DNA of 64,000 bases, from the NCBI RefSeq assembly GCF_009914755.1, contig NC_060925.1. The stretch is one strand, 5' to 3'. This DNA comes from the human T2T-CHM13v2.0 reference genome, Homo sapiens. Below, one piece after another: positions 32,340-46,480 of this stretch (positions within the stretch are counted from its first letter, which is position 1; every line of letters begins with the position of its first letter). The notes beneath the pieces were generated by a model, which saw only the letters and a list, made by a program, of their open reading frames with translations, was not told where the DNA came from and ran no database searches. The translations under genes and the position numbers were made by a program.

Positions 32340-33280
32340 GCATTGGTGACCCTGCACACACCCATTTCCCTCCTACTTCTCTGGCCACGCTGTCTTTACT
32401 CACTTCCAGCCAATATAGTTCCTGGGTTTGAGACCCAGCACCACCACTTCCTAGCCCAGTGACCCCGGCAAGTGGCTTAACCTTGCAAGTCCTTCACTTC
32501 CTCATCTCCAGAAGGAGGCCCATCCTGGTGCCTCCCTCAGAGAGTTGCTACGAGACTTCAATGAGTTGATCAAAGTAAAGTGCTTTGGTGTCCGGCAGGT
32601 GGAAGTGCTGGGCTGGCTGAGGTGCTCTCCTCGGCCGGGTTCTTGAATGCTGGTCCTCAGGGCTTTGTCACTCAGCTCTTCTCATTCTACCCACTCTGCT
32701 CGGGTAAGCTCATCCCTTTCTCCAGCTCCACTGGCTGATCCTCTGGCATCTCTGCTCCTGCTTCCTGAACCACAGCCCCATAGCCCCGACTGCAGCGCCC
32801 CAACCCGCCCAGATACTCATAGGCATCACTGACTGGGCAGATTCCAGTGAACTCAAGTTCTTGCCTGCTCCTCATCCTGAGTCCCCACCTCGGGGCCACT
32901 GCCATTTACCCAGTCTCCCTGGCTGCAAACAGTGGTCTCAACCTGGATTTCTCCCTCTGCCTCAAACGTGCCTTCTATCCATCACCAGATCCTGTGAGAC
33001 GGATGGCTCCCAAGCTTCTCTTGAATCGTCCATCTCTCTCCATCTCCCTGGCCACTGTCTGGGCCCAAGTCATTGCCCTCTCTCACCTGGACAATGCAGC
33101 TGCTTCCCAGCAGATCTCTCTGCCTCCAGGTTTGTCTCCCCGCTAGGTTCTGGGCCCCATCCCCTCTCTAGCCAGGCTGCCTCTCACTCTCTGATCCAGG
33201 CAAGCAAGTGGCCTTTCCTCTTCTGCCTCTGGGCCTTTGCACATACTGTTCCAGCTGGGTGAAACACTTTTCCTCCAGGC
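32340..33280 (+). mobile_element. L2 fragments with a MIR inserted at ~32415-32600
   Basis: L2 motifs tctcacctggacaatgcagc and gggcctttgcacatactgttcc; MIR ggcaagtggcttaacc. Confidence 0.65.
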
Positions 33281-33757
33281 TTGGTTTGTACCCAGACCGG
33301 CTGGTGGTCTAGAAGTTGTCCAAGGTCCTTCTGCCCTGGCCGTCTAGGACTCCCACAGGGTAGCGGCTGATCTTTCAGGTCTGGGTGTCACACGGACTTG
33401 GGTTCACTGCTTTTCAGTTGCGTGGTCTGGGCAAGTCTTTTGACCCTTCTGAGCTTCCGTTATGCCATCTGTAGCCTGAGGCTGGTAATAGCTATGCTTG
33501 TACAGAAAATCATGTGACTTAAAGCCATGACATGTTTAACACAGAGTGGCTTGTGCATGAATGTTCAGTAGTGGTGACAATGATGATGACTCTTTGGACC
33601 CCAACCCCTTTGGTGGAGGAGGGGAGCATCTCTCTCATCCTGGGCCCAGACGGTCTCTTCTTTGTTTCTCCCCAGAGCCACGGGAGGCAGGTAGCGTTCT
33701 CTGAAGGGTACAGAAGGGTAAACGGAGATTGCAGCAGGAGGAATTGTCTTAACATGA

Positions 33758-34410
<653 letters not shown>

Positions 34411-34499
34411 GAGAGTCAGCCTTTTTAACAACATTGACAATTTAAAGTGCTTGCTTAGGCCATGTACTTTACATTAACAAGAGCTCTGCTAACCCTTAG

Positions 34500-34660
34500 T
34501 TTTTGTGTTCCATTTACATGCATTTAATCCACGCAGCAAAATCCTAGGAAGACAGTATTATAGACCCTATTTTGCAGTGAGTAGACTGAGACCTAGAGAG
34601 GCTGAGCCACTTGTTCAAGGGCATACAACTACCTGGTGGGGGAACAGGACTGGAAACCGC
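34500..34660 (-). mobile_element. MIR fragment
   Basis: catttaatcc...ccctattttgcagtgagtagactgagacctagagagg. Confidence 0.65.
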
Positions 34661-35116
34661 AGTTCTCTTCTCAAGATCCTGGCAGCCTTTCCCCCTCGGA
34701 CAGTTGTCTCCATCCTCCCCGTCCTAGTCTGCCTGGCCCAGAGTGTCCCTGCCTCTCTGGAGCACTGAGTCTTACTTCAGTTTGGTTTGACAGTGCTCAG
34801 TGCTGAGAGAGGATCATGACAATTCTCACGTTCATATGAGTTTAAGTGTTTTTCTTTGGCAGTTGTTTTATTTTTTGGAGAATTTCACAAAAAGCCCTTG
34901 AGACAGAAAGGGATCCATTCTCTGGAGTGTTGCAAAACCAATGCTCTTCAAGCCACCTCCGTCTGCCTCTTCTGTCCCTTTTTTCTGAATCTGTGTTCTA
35001 ATCTTATGTGCTACTCCCACACAATTTTGGAGCTACCTTGGGGTGCACACATGCACACACGTACTCACTTTAGTACAAGAAAAATCAGCACACATAGGGT
35101 TGGGCTGTGTCTTGCT

Positions 35117-35315
35117 CAGTGGTGTGCTGGCAAATATTTCACAAAAGGCCCTCTCGAGAAAGCAAGCCCTGATTTGGCATTTGCCAATTCCCGTGGTGTA
35201 AATACTCCCACTGTGGTCAATGTCGAGCCCGCAGCGTGAAGTTGCTGAATGCGGAATTGGGAAGAGATGTGCAGCCAGCTCCTTTGTGCAGGTTCAACTG
35301 GGTTCCAGCACCCTG
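35117..35315 (-). mobile_element. MER63A-like hAT-Blackjack MITE
   Basis: TIR cagtggtgtgctgg...ccagcaccctg; internal ccgtggtgtaaatactcccac. Confidence 0.8.
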
Positions 35316-35770
35316 CATGGGCTCCAGCACCTTGCACCTGTCCCAGCCCTGTCTCTCCACTGCAGTGGCCAGCCTGCAGCGCTCACCTATGTCTGTCAAA
35401 ATGCATTGTGTGCACATGTGAGGGACACCACATCCCTGTCACTTACCCCAGACCTGATCACTGCCTTCCCCACATCTGTGCACACTCACAGGGTCAGGCA
35501 TGCCCTCAATGGCTCCCAAGCACTGGTGTGCTGCAGCAAACACATTTGTGTACCATCTTGCTCACAGCAACATGTGTACACGAAATCACACATGCACCTA
35601 AGTGTGGCACACCCAGCTCTACCCATGGCCGTAGTCTCAGTTCCTCCTGCACACATATTCTCACACAGTTGTACACTTTCAATCATAAACACAGACACAC
35701 CTGCCAGGGCACACCCATGGGCACGCATAGGTGTCTCACAGTCACTGGCATGTGTGTCCTAGCGCATGCG

Positions 35771-35771
<1 letters not shown>

Positions 35772-35809
<38 letters not shown>
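35772..35809. repeat. (CA)19 microsatellite within a CA-rich low-complexity tract (~35400-35900)
   Basis: Direct reading. Confidence 0.95.
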
Positions 35810-35810
<1 letters not shown>

Positions 35811-36499
35811 CGATGCACATTCTTCAGGTAAGCAGATGCCTGGATATGAACAAGCAAGGGCTGAAACCCAGCCTTTCTCACCTTCATGCATGCCCCACGG
35901 CACACCTATGGCTCACTCACCACCCTGCCCACCCCCCTGTCCCCCCACATCCCCTGCAGGCATCTCCCCCACCCCGTCATAACCAGGGAAGCTGGCCGGG
36001 CTGGGTTGTGCGTGTGGTGTTTGGGAGTTAGAGAGGAATTCCAGGCGGGCCCCTTCTGCTCTCCTGGCCAACGTTAAGTGCCTTCAGACTGAAAAGAACC
36101 GTCCAGAGAGGCTTTTCCGGCTAGAGATTAATGTCACTGAAAAATGTGGGTCCCGAGCGATTAATGCGGCCTTCTTTGCCACACATTATGTGAGTGCACT
36201 AAAGCGAGAGGGGCTCATTTTTGGCGTGTTTTTAGCCTGTTTGGCACAGAGTGAAAGAAGAAAAGAAGAAGAGCCCAGGGCCCAGGAACCTGAGGGTGGG
36301 GATCTCATGGTCAGAAAGAGCCCCAGAAGCCAGGTAGCGTGAGGCTAGGGGGGTCCCTGCCAAGTCACCGCAAGACTCGGAGGGGAGGTCATGGTAGAAC
36401 CCACCCACAGTCTCAGCGTTCCAGGTGTCCCAGCTTGGAGGCGTGCTAAGGCCTCTGTGTCGCATTGGCCAAGGGAACCAATCCCTCACAAGCAGTCTC

Positions 36500-36970
36500 C
36501 CAGTATAGTCAGAAGATCCTGGATTCAAAGCCCAGCTTAGCCAGTGACTCCACCTCTCGGGGCCTCATCTTCTCCATTTGCAAAATGGCAATGATGTAGG
36601 ATCTATCTTAATGGCTTGTGGCGGGGATTGAATGAGATCATCCAAAGGAGCCTCGTAGCACAGGGTCAGACGCAGAGTAAGCGGTCGATAGTATAGCAGC
36701 CAGCCAGAGTGATGGTGGCAGTGGTGTGTGTGGGTGCATGAATGAGCACACACGTGTGTGTGTGTGTGTGTGTGTGTGATAGATTGATGTTTCAAAGCAG
36801 GTGAACCTGGGCTTGAGCCTTCTTATGTGACCTTGAGCAAATATGGTATCTCTTCCTGAGCCTCAGTTTCTTCTCCTGGAAGATGGAGTTAAATCCCAGG
36901 TTATTGTGAGGATTGAAGGTGATCACACAGATCAAGAGCCTGGCACAGTGCCTGCCACTGACTGAGGCCC
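36500..36970 (+). mobile_element. Two MIR copies flanking a (TG)n at ~36754-36778
   Basis: cctggattcaaagccc...catttgcaaaatgg; gtgaccttgagcaa...gagcctcagtttc...ttattgtgaggatt. Confidence 0.75.
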
Positions 36971-38503
36971 TAAAACACGACAGCAGTGGTGAGTGGGCCA
37001 GAATAATTCTATCTTCAGCGATGCCTTCCTTCCACAGCCTGGCAGATGTGCTTGGAGTCGAACTGGTTGAATTCACGTGATACCATCGCACGGTCAGTCC
37101 CTGGGAGTTGGGTGAAGAGGGTGGGTGACTCAGGAGGAACAAACAGGACAGGACGTGAAGCCATGCACAGAAGCCTCCTTGCCAAAGCACTGGCAGGGTG
37201 GGGGAAGAGGAATCCATTCTGGTGCCCCGGAAGCCTCTGAGGATGGGGCAGAGGAGACAAGCTGGGGTTGGGGGGCTGTGAGGCCTGTCATCTGTGACGC
37301 AGTCCATATGCCAGGCACCCAGGCAGGGGCTCAGTATATTTTCCCCATTGGTTTCAGTTGGAAACCCTGGAGGGTCGATCTTATCCGCTGGGGAAATCAA
37401 GGCACGGAGTAGATAAGCGACCTGGCTTAGATTACACAGCCAGGAAAAGTCCAGGAACGGGTTCCCTTGTCGTGGATGTCTCCTTGGCCAGGCAGGAACG
37501 GCCAGCATTTCTAGGGGAACCAGGAACGTGCTGAAGAATGTGTTCCTTGCAAGTTTAAAAACACAAAACGAGTTACATTATTTCTTGGCTTAAAACGTGT
37601 CTGCAACCTCCCCTGCCCTCAGGCTAGAGCCCAAGCACCTGGCCTGTCAGCTGTGGGGTCTGGGCCCTGCCACCTCTCCAGCCTCGGGTGGCACTACAGT
37701 GACTCTTGCTGTCTCTTCTCTAATGCCAGGTTCCTGGTCCCCTTCCTGGGCTTCAGCCCTCAGAGACCAGCTCCAGGGATCCTCCCCTCCCCACCTCTCT
37801 ACCTTGGCAAGACCAGGTGCCCAGGTCTCAGCTCTCAATGCACTGGTCCTCGGCCCTTGCAGCAATTCTCACTATATTTGCCTTCTCTGTTGATAGGTCG
37901 GCTCTGCGAGGTAGGAGGTGTGTTCTTGCCTTTGCTATGTGTTGGTGGCATCTACACAGTGCCTGGCAAAAAGCAGGTGCTTGAGAGGAAGGACCGAGTG
38001 GTGGACAGCCAGGCTGGCATCTGGGCACAAGCAGGGTCCACGGGGAGTTTGGGTCCCACGTGGTTGAGGTCTCAGCTCCACAGCAGGTGCATTGACTGGA
38101 AGCAGGATAGTGGGTGGGGCCATTAAGGGAGGCAGGAAAGACAGGGGAGTTTCTGCAAGAAGATTTGCCTGACTTATTTTGAATCTTCTAAAAGCCTTTG
38201 TCTTGATTTCACACTAAAGATTATAAAATAAGTGCCGTCAGGGAATGGAATTCAGGGACAAATGACTTCTCTGGGGAATTCTAGCCCCCAAAGTGCCCTA
38301 AGTGGGCACTCTTGTTATCTCAATTTTTCAGAGGAGGAACTTGGGGCTCAGAGAGGGTCTTGGCCAAGCTGAGACCAGAACCTGAGCATGCCTTTCCCAT
38401 GGAGCCATCGTCCCCTCAGGGTTGGTTGAACTGGAGGAGGAAATGTCAGCCTCACTCCCCAGGACCAGGGACCTTGAACTTGATGCAAAAAAGATTTGTT
38501 TGT

Positions 38504-39017
38504 TGTGATGGTTTTAAGATATGTTTATATATTCTTTAATAGTCTCTTCAGGAGGTGGTTTAATCCTCCTCCCCTTGAGTATGGGCCTAGTGACTCACTT
38601 CCAATGAATAGAATATGGCAGATGTGTGTGACTTCCAAGACTAGGTCACAGAAGGCATTGTGGCTTCCTCCTTCTTCTCTTTTGCTTCACTTACTCTGGG
38701 GGAAGCCAGCTGCCATGTCATGAGGATACTCAAGCAGTCCTATGGAGAGGCCCACCTGGCAAGGAACTGAGGCCTCCTGCCGATAGCCATGGCAGGGAGC
38801 TGTATTGGAAGCAGATCTCTCCCCTCTCCCCGGCCCCAGTCAAGCCTTCAGATGACTGCAGTCCTGCTTGACAGCTAGACTGCAATCTCAGGAGAGACCT
38901 GGGTCAAAACCACTCCGTAAGTTGCTTCTGAATTCCTGACCCTGGAAATGATGAAATAATAAACATTTCTTGTTGTTTGTGGGATAATTTGCTATGCAGC
39001 AGCAAATAATGAATGCA
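38504..39017 (+). mobile_element. MaLR solo LTR, MLT1F-like, near full length
   Basis: TG start tgtgatggttttaagatatg; tggagaggcccacctggcaaggaactgagg; AATAAA; end tatgcagcagcaaataatgaatgca. Confidence 0.85.
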
Positions 39018-39029
39018 TTCATTTTTGTG

Positions 39030-39410
39030 GAAATGGCTCAAATCCCATCAACAGTAGATTACGATATAGTCCCAGGATAGAATAGTATACAGCAATGAGA
39101 AGGAACAAACCATCACTACAGACAACAGTGTGGATGAAGCTCACAAACATCTTGACCAAAAGAAGCTGCACCAAACAACACATACTGTGTGACTCCGTTC
39201 ATATAAAATACAAAGACTGGCCAAGCCAATCTATAATAATAGAAATCAGGATAGTGGTTTTCCTTGGGCAGGCCCGGATGGAGTGGCCAGGAGGGGCCGG
39301 AAGGGGGTTTCTGAGTGCTTCTTACATGAATGCATTCAGTTTGTGAGAACTCATTGAGTGTAGATTTATGACTTGAACACATGTTTGTATATTAGACCTT
39401 ACAGAAAAAT
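39030..39410 (+). mobile_element. L1ME-like 3' end
   Basis: gaatagtatacagcaatgagaaggaac...catactgtgtgactcc...gaaatcaggatagtggtt. Confidence 0.75.
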
Positions 39411-40239
39411 CTTCCAGTTTGGAATAGGGTGTATGCCGGGTGAAAACTGGGCTGCTCAGGAGTCACATCTGGCTGTAGGATGAACACTGCTTTCGAGGTT
39501 ATAGGCCTGGAAACCTTTGAGGGAAAGACTAGCATTCAGGTCATGAGATAGAAAGAAAAAGGGTTGGGGTGGCCGTATTGGGACCTCCTAGTCCCCAGGG
39601 CCTTGGCTTGAAGTCTTACCTCCTTAGCTCTCTGAGCTGATGGACAGGAAGGGACAAAGGCTCAGCCCCCAACTGGGGTTGGGGTCAGCCGAGGGGGCTT
39701 TCCGGGGCAGCAGCAAGGGCAGGGGGAGCCCTGCCTGGCTTTGTGATTCAGGGATTTGCTGTAATCCCAGTCCTTCCCTGCAGCCTGTCTAATCCCCACC
39801 CGTGGGGCTGAGCCTTTTCAAGATCTGACTTTGGCCTGAAAGGCTCCCAGAGGGGCCCACATTCCTGCCCACGGCATCCCCGCTCCTAGGAGGAAACTCA
39901 TCAGGGTCTCTCCCCACCCCGGCATGGGGCTTCTCATCCTTGGGAAAAAGAGACAGTGCTCATAAATCCAGGGAAAGTTAAGATAGCCGTGAGAGAATCT
40001 GGAGTGTTTGACCTGCTTCCTTGGAGGAGACGGTGGTCTTTGATGCCTGGGTCCTGGGCCTTGTGCCATCAAGGAAATGGGTGAAGGAGATGCTGGCAAG
40101 AATGAAGACCTGTTGGGGGCAGCGGTTAACCACCTCCAAGGCCTGATGTGAGCTTCCTCTTTAACCTCATTGTTCACTTGACAAGCTCCAGCCACCTGTC
40201 TTTCGGATCCTAAGGCTCCCCAAGCTGCTTCCTGCCTCA

Positions 40240-40829
<590 letters not shown>

Positions 40830-41090
40830 CTAAGAATAATACCCAGTGATTCATGGTTCTCAGTGCATGTGCAGAGTAAGTGAATGAATGAATGGGAAAG
40901 GACAGAGTTACTTGAAGAAGAAGGAGAAAAACTTGAAAAGGGATGATCCTGCTCAACTTGTGAATCACAGATATGCTTCCCCTTGACACCAAAAGCTGCC
41001 CTGTGAAACCTGTATTATTATCCCATTTTTACAGATGAAAAACTAAGGGGGAAAAGGTTCAATAACCCACCAAGCCCACACAGGCGGTAG

Positions 41091-41666
<576 letters not shown>

Positions 41667-42024
41667 AAGAACTTCTTTCTTTCTTCTTACCTTTCCTCTT
41701 AGTTAGTAGTGAGAGAATTTTACATGAATGATTATTGTAGATGCATAACATGGTAGTTACAGAAGGAGTGTTGGAGGCTGTGTTCTAACTTGTCCATTTT
41801 ATAAGTGGAGATACTGAGGCCCAGAAAGCAGAAATAATGTCCTCAAAGTCACCACATAGTAGGTGCTCACTAAGTGCTTATTAATTGAATCAACATAAAC
41901 ACGCACATTACAGAGGAGGCACGACCTGTTTGGAAGTCTCAGTAGCACGGCTTTGACTCCCAGCGCATTCAGCACTTCAGTGTCCGAAAGCACATTCGTG
42001 TACGTGATTGCAGGTAAGCACTTT

Positions 42025-42130
42025 ATGATTCCCATTTTACACATGGGGCAAGTGAAGCCCAGAGAGGTAAAGCATCTTGTCCAAGGTCACACAGCAAGTT
42101 AAGAGGTAGTGTTGGGATTTGAACTTAGCT
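42025..42130 (-). mobile_element. MIR fragment
   Basis: cccattttacacatgggg...cagagaggtaaagcatcttgtccaaggtcacacagc...gggatttgaac. Confidence 0.8.
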
Positions 42131-42969
42131 CTTGCATAACCTCTGCGGCTTTTTCTGGAACTCTGGCAGAGAGTTCAGCCAGTTATCTCTTGCCCCTTTC
42201 CAGGGGTCCCTGGGCTGGTCCATGGGGACATGGACCCAGGGGCCAGGGCTGGCCCTGGGCTTGCTCAGCCAGGATGTGTGTGAGTGTGAGTGTGAGTGCG
42301 TGCACATGTGTGAAGTCAGTGGCCTCACCCCTGCTGTTCCTGAGCAAGTTTCTGGCAGCTGCAGCTTATGATTGGTGTGGGGCACAGGCTGCCCAGGAGT
42401 GGCTGGGATCCATGTCTGCCCTGCTGCTACCTGCCTCCCCTCCTGGTCGTGGGCAGGCAGGCGAATCTTGTGCTGGGACTTGCCGGAGCCTCCGCATCAG
42501 GCGAGGCTGCAGGTACATTCCTCCTCCCTGGAGTCCCGGTGCTGCAGCTGGGGGGCCAGGCACTGACTAATTCTATACAAATTGGCTGATATTCTGAAGA
42601 ATGCCATTCTGTAAGAAAGCAAATATTTAAATACTCAAGGCTGGGTCCTCTCCACCCCCGCACCCAAGTCCTGTCACCTGCCAAACGCTGGCAGAGCCTC
42701 TTGGAGGCATTTTGGGGCTGCACACCTGGCGGCCCCATGGGAGCTTTGTGACCCCCCCCCCTAGACTGAGCAGGGGTGGCTGGCAGATGGGACACCTGAA
42801 GCGGGACCCAGAGGGGGCTGTGCTGAAGCCCACACCAGGCAGCTTTTATCCCAGAGGGGAAGGTGGGGGCTTGATGGGGAATTAGAAACTCTGGTCTGGG
42901 CACTTTCCTGTGTATGCTCTTTGGGCCTCAGTTTCTCCATATGTAATATGGCATGTATGAATGGCCAAA

Positions 42970-43110
42970 TAAGTGGTTTTCTAATCTGGTTGGACCCCAT
43001 CCCAGACAAAATCTGAGAAGGCAGGGCCCAGGACCCTGCATTTTTACCAAGCCCCACGGGGAGCATGATGCAGTTGGTCCAGCCCCCCTGCCTATTCATG
43101 CCACACTGGC
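42970..43110. mobile_element. MER5-like hAT-Charlie fragment
   Basis: agtggttttctaatctgg...gggcccaggaccctgcatttttaccaagc...tgatgc. Confidence 0.55.
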
Positions 43111-43295
43111 CAGAGAGGATCGCTGTGAATGGGCTTCAGAAAGGCCTCCCACAGCTTTAGCTGGGGGGAGGGCACAGCCGCCTGTAGAAGGAACAGCATG
43201 GCAAGGCCAGGGAAACTGTGAGGCCCTCTGGGAAAGTGGTGGGAGCATATGTTGTGGGGTGGGGACAAAGGTGGTGTAGCTCAAGGCCTGGGACA

Positions 43296-43406
43296 GCAAT
43301 GGCTAAGCAAAAGGAATGCATGTCTAAGAGTAAAATTTCAGGTGCTGGGAATTTCCGTGCATGACTAAGAGTGAAATTCAAGGCCAGCAAGGATTCTTTT
43401 CCTGCA
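43296..43406 (-). repeat. Right arm of the unassigned ~110-bp inverted repeat
   Basis: ~85% identical to 41094-41203 in the opposite orientation; contains GGGAATTTCC at 43347-43356. Confidence 0.9.
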
Positions 43407-44044
43407 TGAGGCTTTCCTTATCTCAGCTTCATTCTCAGGCCACCTAATGACTCTCTTCTTTGACCTCCCAGGGCACTGACTCTCTCCCTCTCTTTCTAAC
43501 TGAACTGTCAGTTACACAAGCTCACATTTTGCATGACTTTATGCATTTCCTTCTTGACAATGATGACAATAGCACTGCCTTCCCTTTGTTACACACTGTG
43601 TGTCAGGCCGTGTACTGACCACTTCTCTTGCATTCTCTCTCCTTCTCTTCACAAGAGCCCCATGAAGTGGTTTCTGGTGCTCTCCCCACTTGACAGAAAA
43701 GTAAACTGAGGCATAGAGTGAAGTGTCGCTTGACCAGGGGCACCCAGCGAAGATATGAAGAGCTAGGATTTGGCTTTGGGTCTTCCAACCCAGTGGCCTG
43801 GACTCGCACCCACCCTCTCCACTGTCGTTGGTGAGTTCCTCCAGGGCAGGGACTGGGGCTGATCTTCTCTGTGCCCTCAGTGCCAGTGTGAGGCGGGGCA
43901 CATGGTGGACCCTGCCTGGTGCCAACCACATGGATGTGCTGTGAACATTAAATAATTGTCCCCATTTTACAGGTGAGGAAACTGAGGCACAGGAAATGGA
44001 ATGACTCGTCCAAGGTCCTAGAACAGGCAAAAGGCAGAGGTAGT

Positions 44045-44457
44045 TGTCTTAAGCTGGGTCCCCCAAAAGCCAACCCCAAGTCAAGGATTTGAGTGCAAAC
44101 AGTTTACCTGGGAGCTGATTTCCTAATGTCCAGATTGATGAGTCAGGAAATGAGACAGGAAGGGAAAGAGGCCAACAAGAGGAGGGTGTGTCGGTCAGCA
44201 GGTGAGCACTCTGGCCAGCTGGGCACAGACCCCTGGGGAAGTCTGGGAGAAGGGACAGAACAAGCCTCAGCATTGCCCCTCCAAAGGGGAGGAAATTGGG
44301 TTATTTTTCCTCCACTCTCATCTGTGTTTGGCTGAAGGCTGTTTCAGGCACTTCTGGGCCAGTATGTTCTGCGGCTGTAGAGGCAGAGTCACTGTTTGTT
44401 ATTTGCAGTGAGAAATGGGATAGTGGGTATAGATGGGCAGTGACAGCTGCTGCCACA
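44045..44457 (-). mobile_element. ERVL solo LTR, LTR33/LTR16-like
   Basis: tgtcttaagctgggtccccc...caaggatttgagtgcaaacagtttacctgggag; other terminus ...gacagctgctgccaca. Confidence 0.75.
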
Positions 44458-44494
44458 GAAATGTTCAAAACGTGGATTTTCAGAACTAAAATCT

Positions 44495-45275
44495 GTCCAT
44501 CTATCATTCACACATCCATCCATTCATCCATTCACCCATCCACCCACCTACCCATCCACCCACCCGTCTGTCCACCCACCCATCCATCTACCCATCCACC
44601 TACTCACCCCCCCACCCATCCATAGTTTACTTATCTATCCATCTGTGCATCCACCCATCATCCATCCACCCACTCATCTGCCCACCCATCTGTTCATCCG
44701 TCCATCCATCCATCCATCCATCCATCCATTCACCCGTCCACCCACCTACCCATCCACCCACCTGTCTGTCCACCCACCCATCCATCTACCCATCCACCTA
44801 CTCACCCACCCACCCATCCATAGTTTATCTATCCATCTGTCCATCCACCCATCATCCATCCACCCACTCATCTGCCCACCCATCTGTTCATCCATCCATC
44901 CATCCATCCATCCATCCATCCATCCATCCATTCACCCATCCACCCACCTACCCATCCACCAACCCGTCTGTCCACCCACCCATCCATCTACCCATCCACC
45001 CACTCACACACCCACCCATCCATCGTTCACTTATCTATCCATCTGTGCATCCACCCATCATCCACCCACTCATCTGCCCACCCATCTGTTCATCCATTCA
45101 TCCACCCATCCACCCATCCATCCATCCATCCATTCATCCATCCATCATCCATTCATCCATCCATCTGCCCACTCATATATCCATCCACCCATTCATTCAC
45201 CCACCCATCCATGTATCCATCCATCCAACCATTCATCCATCCATCTATCCATCCATCCATCATCCACCCATCATC
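44495..45275. repeat. Complex (CCAT/CCAC)n tetranucleotide tract containing a 3 x ~200-bp higher-order repeat
   Basis: Units start at 44529, 44727 and 44929. Confidence 0.93.
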
Positions 45276-45829
45276 TCCCAGATCCTGGGTCTCAGGCACA
45301 GTTCGAGGCCCTGGAGGTCCAGAGATGATTTCCCAGAATTAATTCCAGTCGCCCCCATTCCCTGAAGGGGCTGCATATCTCTGGCGGTTGCTGTGAGGTG
45401 ACCAGACAACATGGGAATGGGTGGGCTGGCTCTTGTGGCTAGTAGCCCCTGATTCCCAACCCTGGGATGTCTGGGTTCATGGTCCCCCAGCTCCTCAGAG
45501 GCTTCCAGAGATAGCTGGTACTGCTGTCATTCCAGGAAGCCCCTCAGAGGAAACACAGTCCCCATTCATGGGCTGGCTGCTTGGAACCGCAGACCCTGTG
45601 CTGTCACAGGGATTCACGCAGGCTTTACCTGCCCTCCTGTCCCAGTGCCAGGGCCGGTCTGAGGACATCCAGTGAGTCTTTGCTGAGCAGCTTTGGAAGT
45701 TGGGGCAGTGCCATGGATGCTACCAGAACCAAGTTCCCTACTATTCTTCTTGGCACCCAGAAAGACCACCTGCTTGGACAAAGGTTGTCCTGGGCTCACA
45801 TCCTGTGGAGGAAGGGGACACAGAAAGCC

Positions 45830-46040
45830 ATTATTGAGCACCTAGTGGGTGCCACATACTCAGCATGATGGGTGTCCCTGGACCCTCATGTCAAGTCAAC
45901 ACTAGAGGGAGGCATTCTCACCTCCACTGTACACTCAAGAAAACTGAGGCTCAGAGAGGGAAAGTGCCTTGCTGGAGGCCACACAGCCTGTGAATATCAA
46001 TGCGGGAATGGTCCCAGGTCCCCTTGACTTGAGTCTCAGC
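45830..46040 (-). mobile_element. MIR SINE
   Basis: ttattgagcacc...aagaaaactgaggctcagagagggaaagtgccttgc...gccacacagc. Confidence 0.75.
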
Positions 46041-46289
46041 GTCTTTTTCTGACCATGCACCTGGAACCGCTGTTCTAGCCCTGGAGCACTTCCTTCCTCC
46101 TTCACCACCATCTTCATCATCACTCAGACTCAGAGAGACTAAATGGCTCTTTCCTTCCCCAGGGACCAGGTTCTAGAGCCCATGACACATGTACACATGG
46201 TGGAGGATGCAGGGGCCATGTGGTCACAAACTGTTCTCAGCCAAAGGTCACAAACAGTTCTCTAGTACTCGGAATACAGGTTTGGGGTA

Positions 46290-46480
46290 GGACAGACAGG
46301 TCAGATAGGAGTCACGGTCTTGGCTTTGTTCCTTCCTTACTATGTGACCCTGGGTGAGTTACATCACCTTTCTGGGCTGCTCGATTTTCTCATCAGTAGA
46401 TGGGGAGAAATATACACCTGTCCTACAAGGAGGATGGAAGGGGGAAATGGGATAAAATGTGCAAAGTGCCTTGTGTTTGT
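46290..46480 (+). mobile_element. MIR fragment
   Basis: tatgtgaccctgggtgagttacatcacctttctgggc...ttttctcatcagtagatgggg. Confidence 0.7.

Noticed and set aside
35249-36031. Longest ORF (260 aa)
   Set aside because: Begins in a MER63 MITE and reads through CA-rich low complexity (HTHTHT); no recognisable domain or exon structure.
44645-45365. His/Pro-rich ORFs
   Set aside because: Translation of the (CCAT)n repeat.
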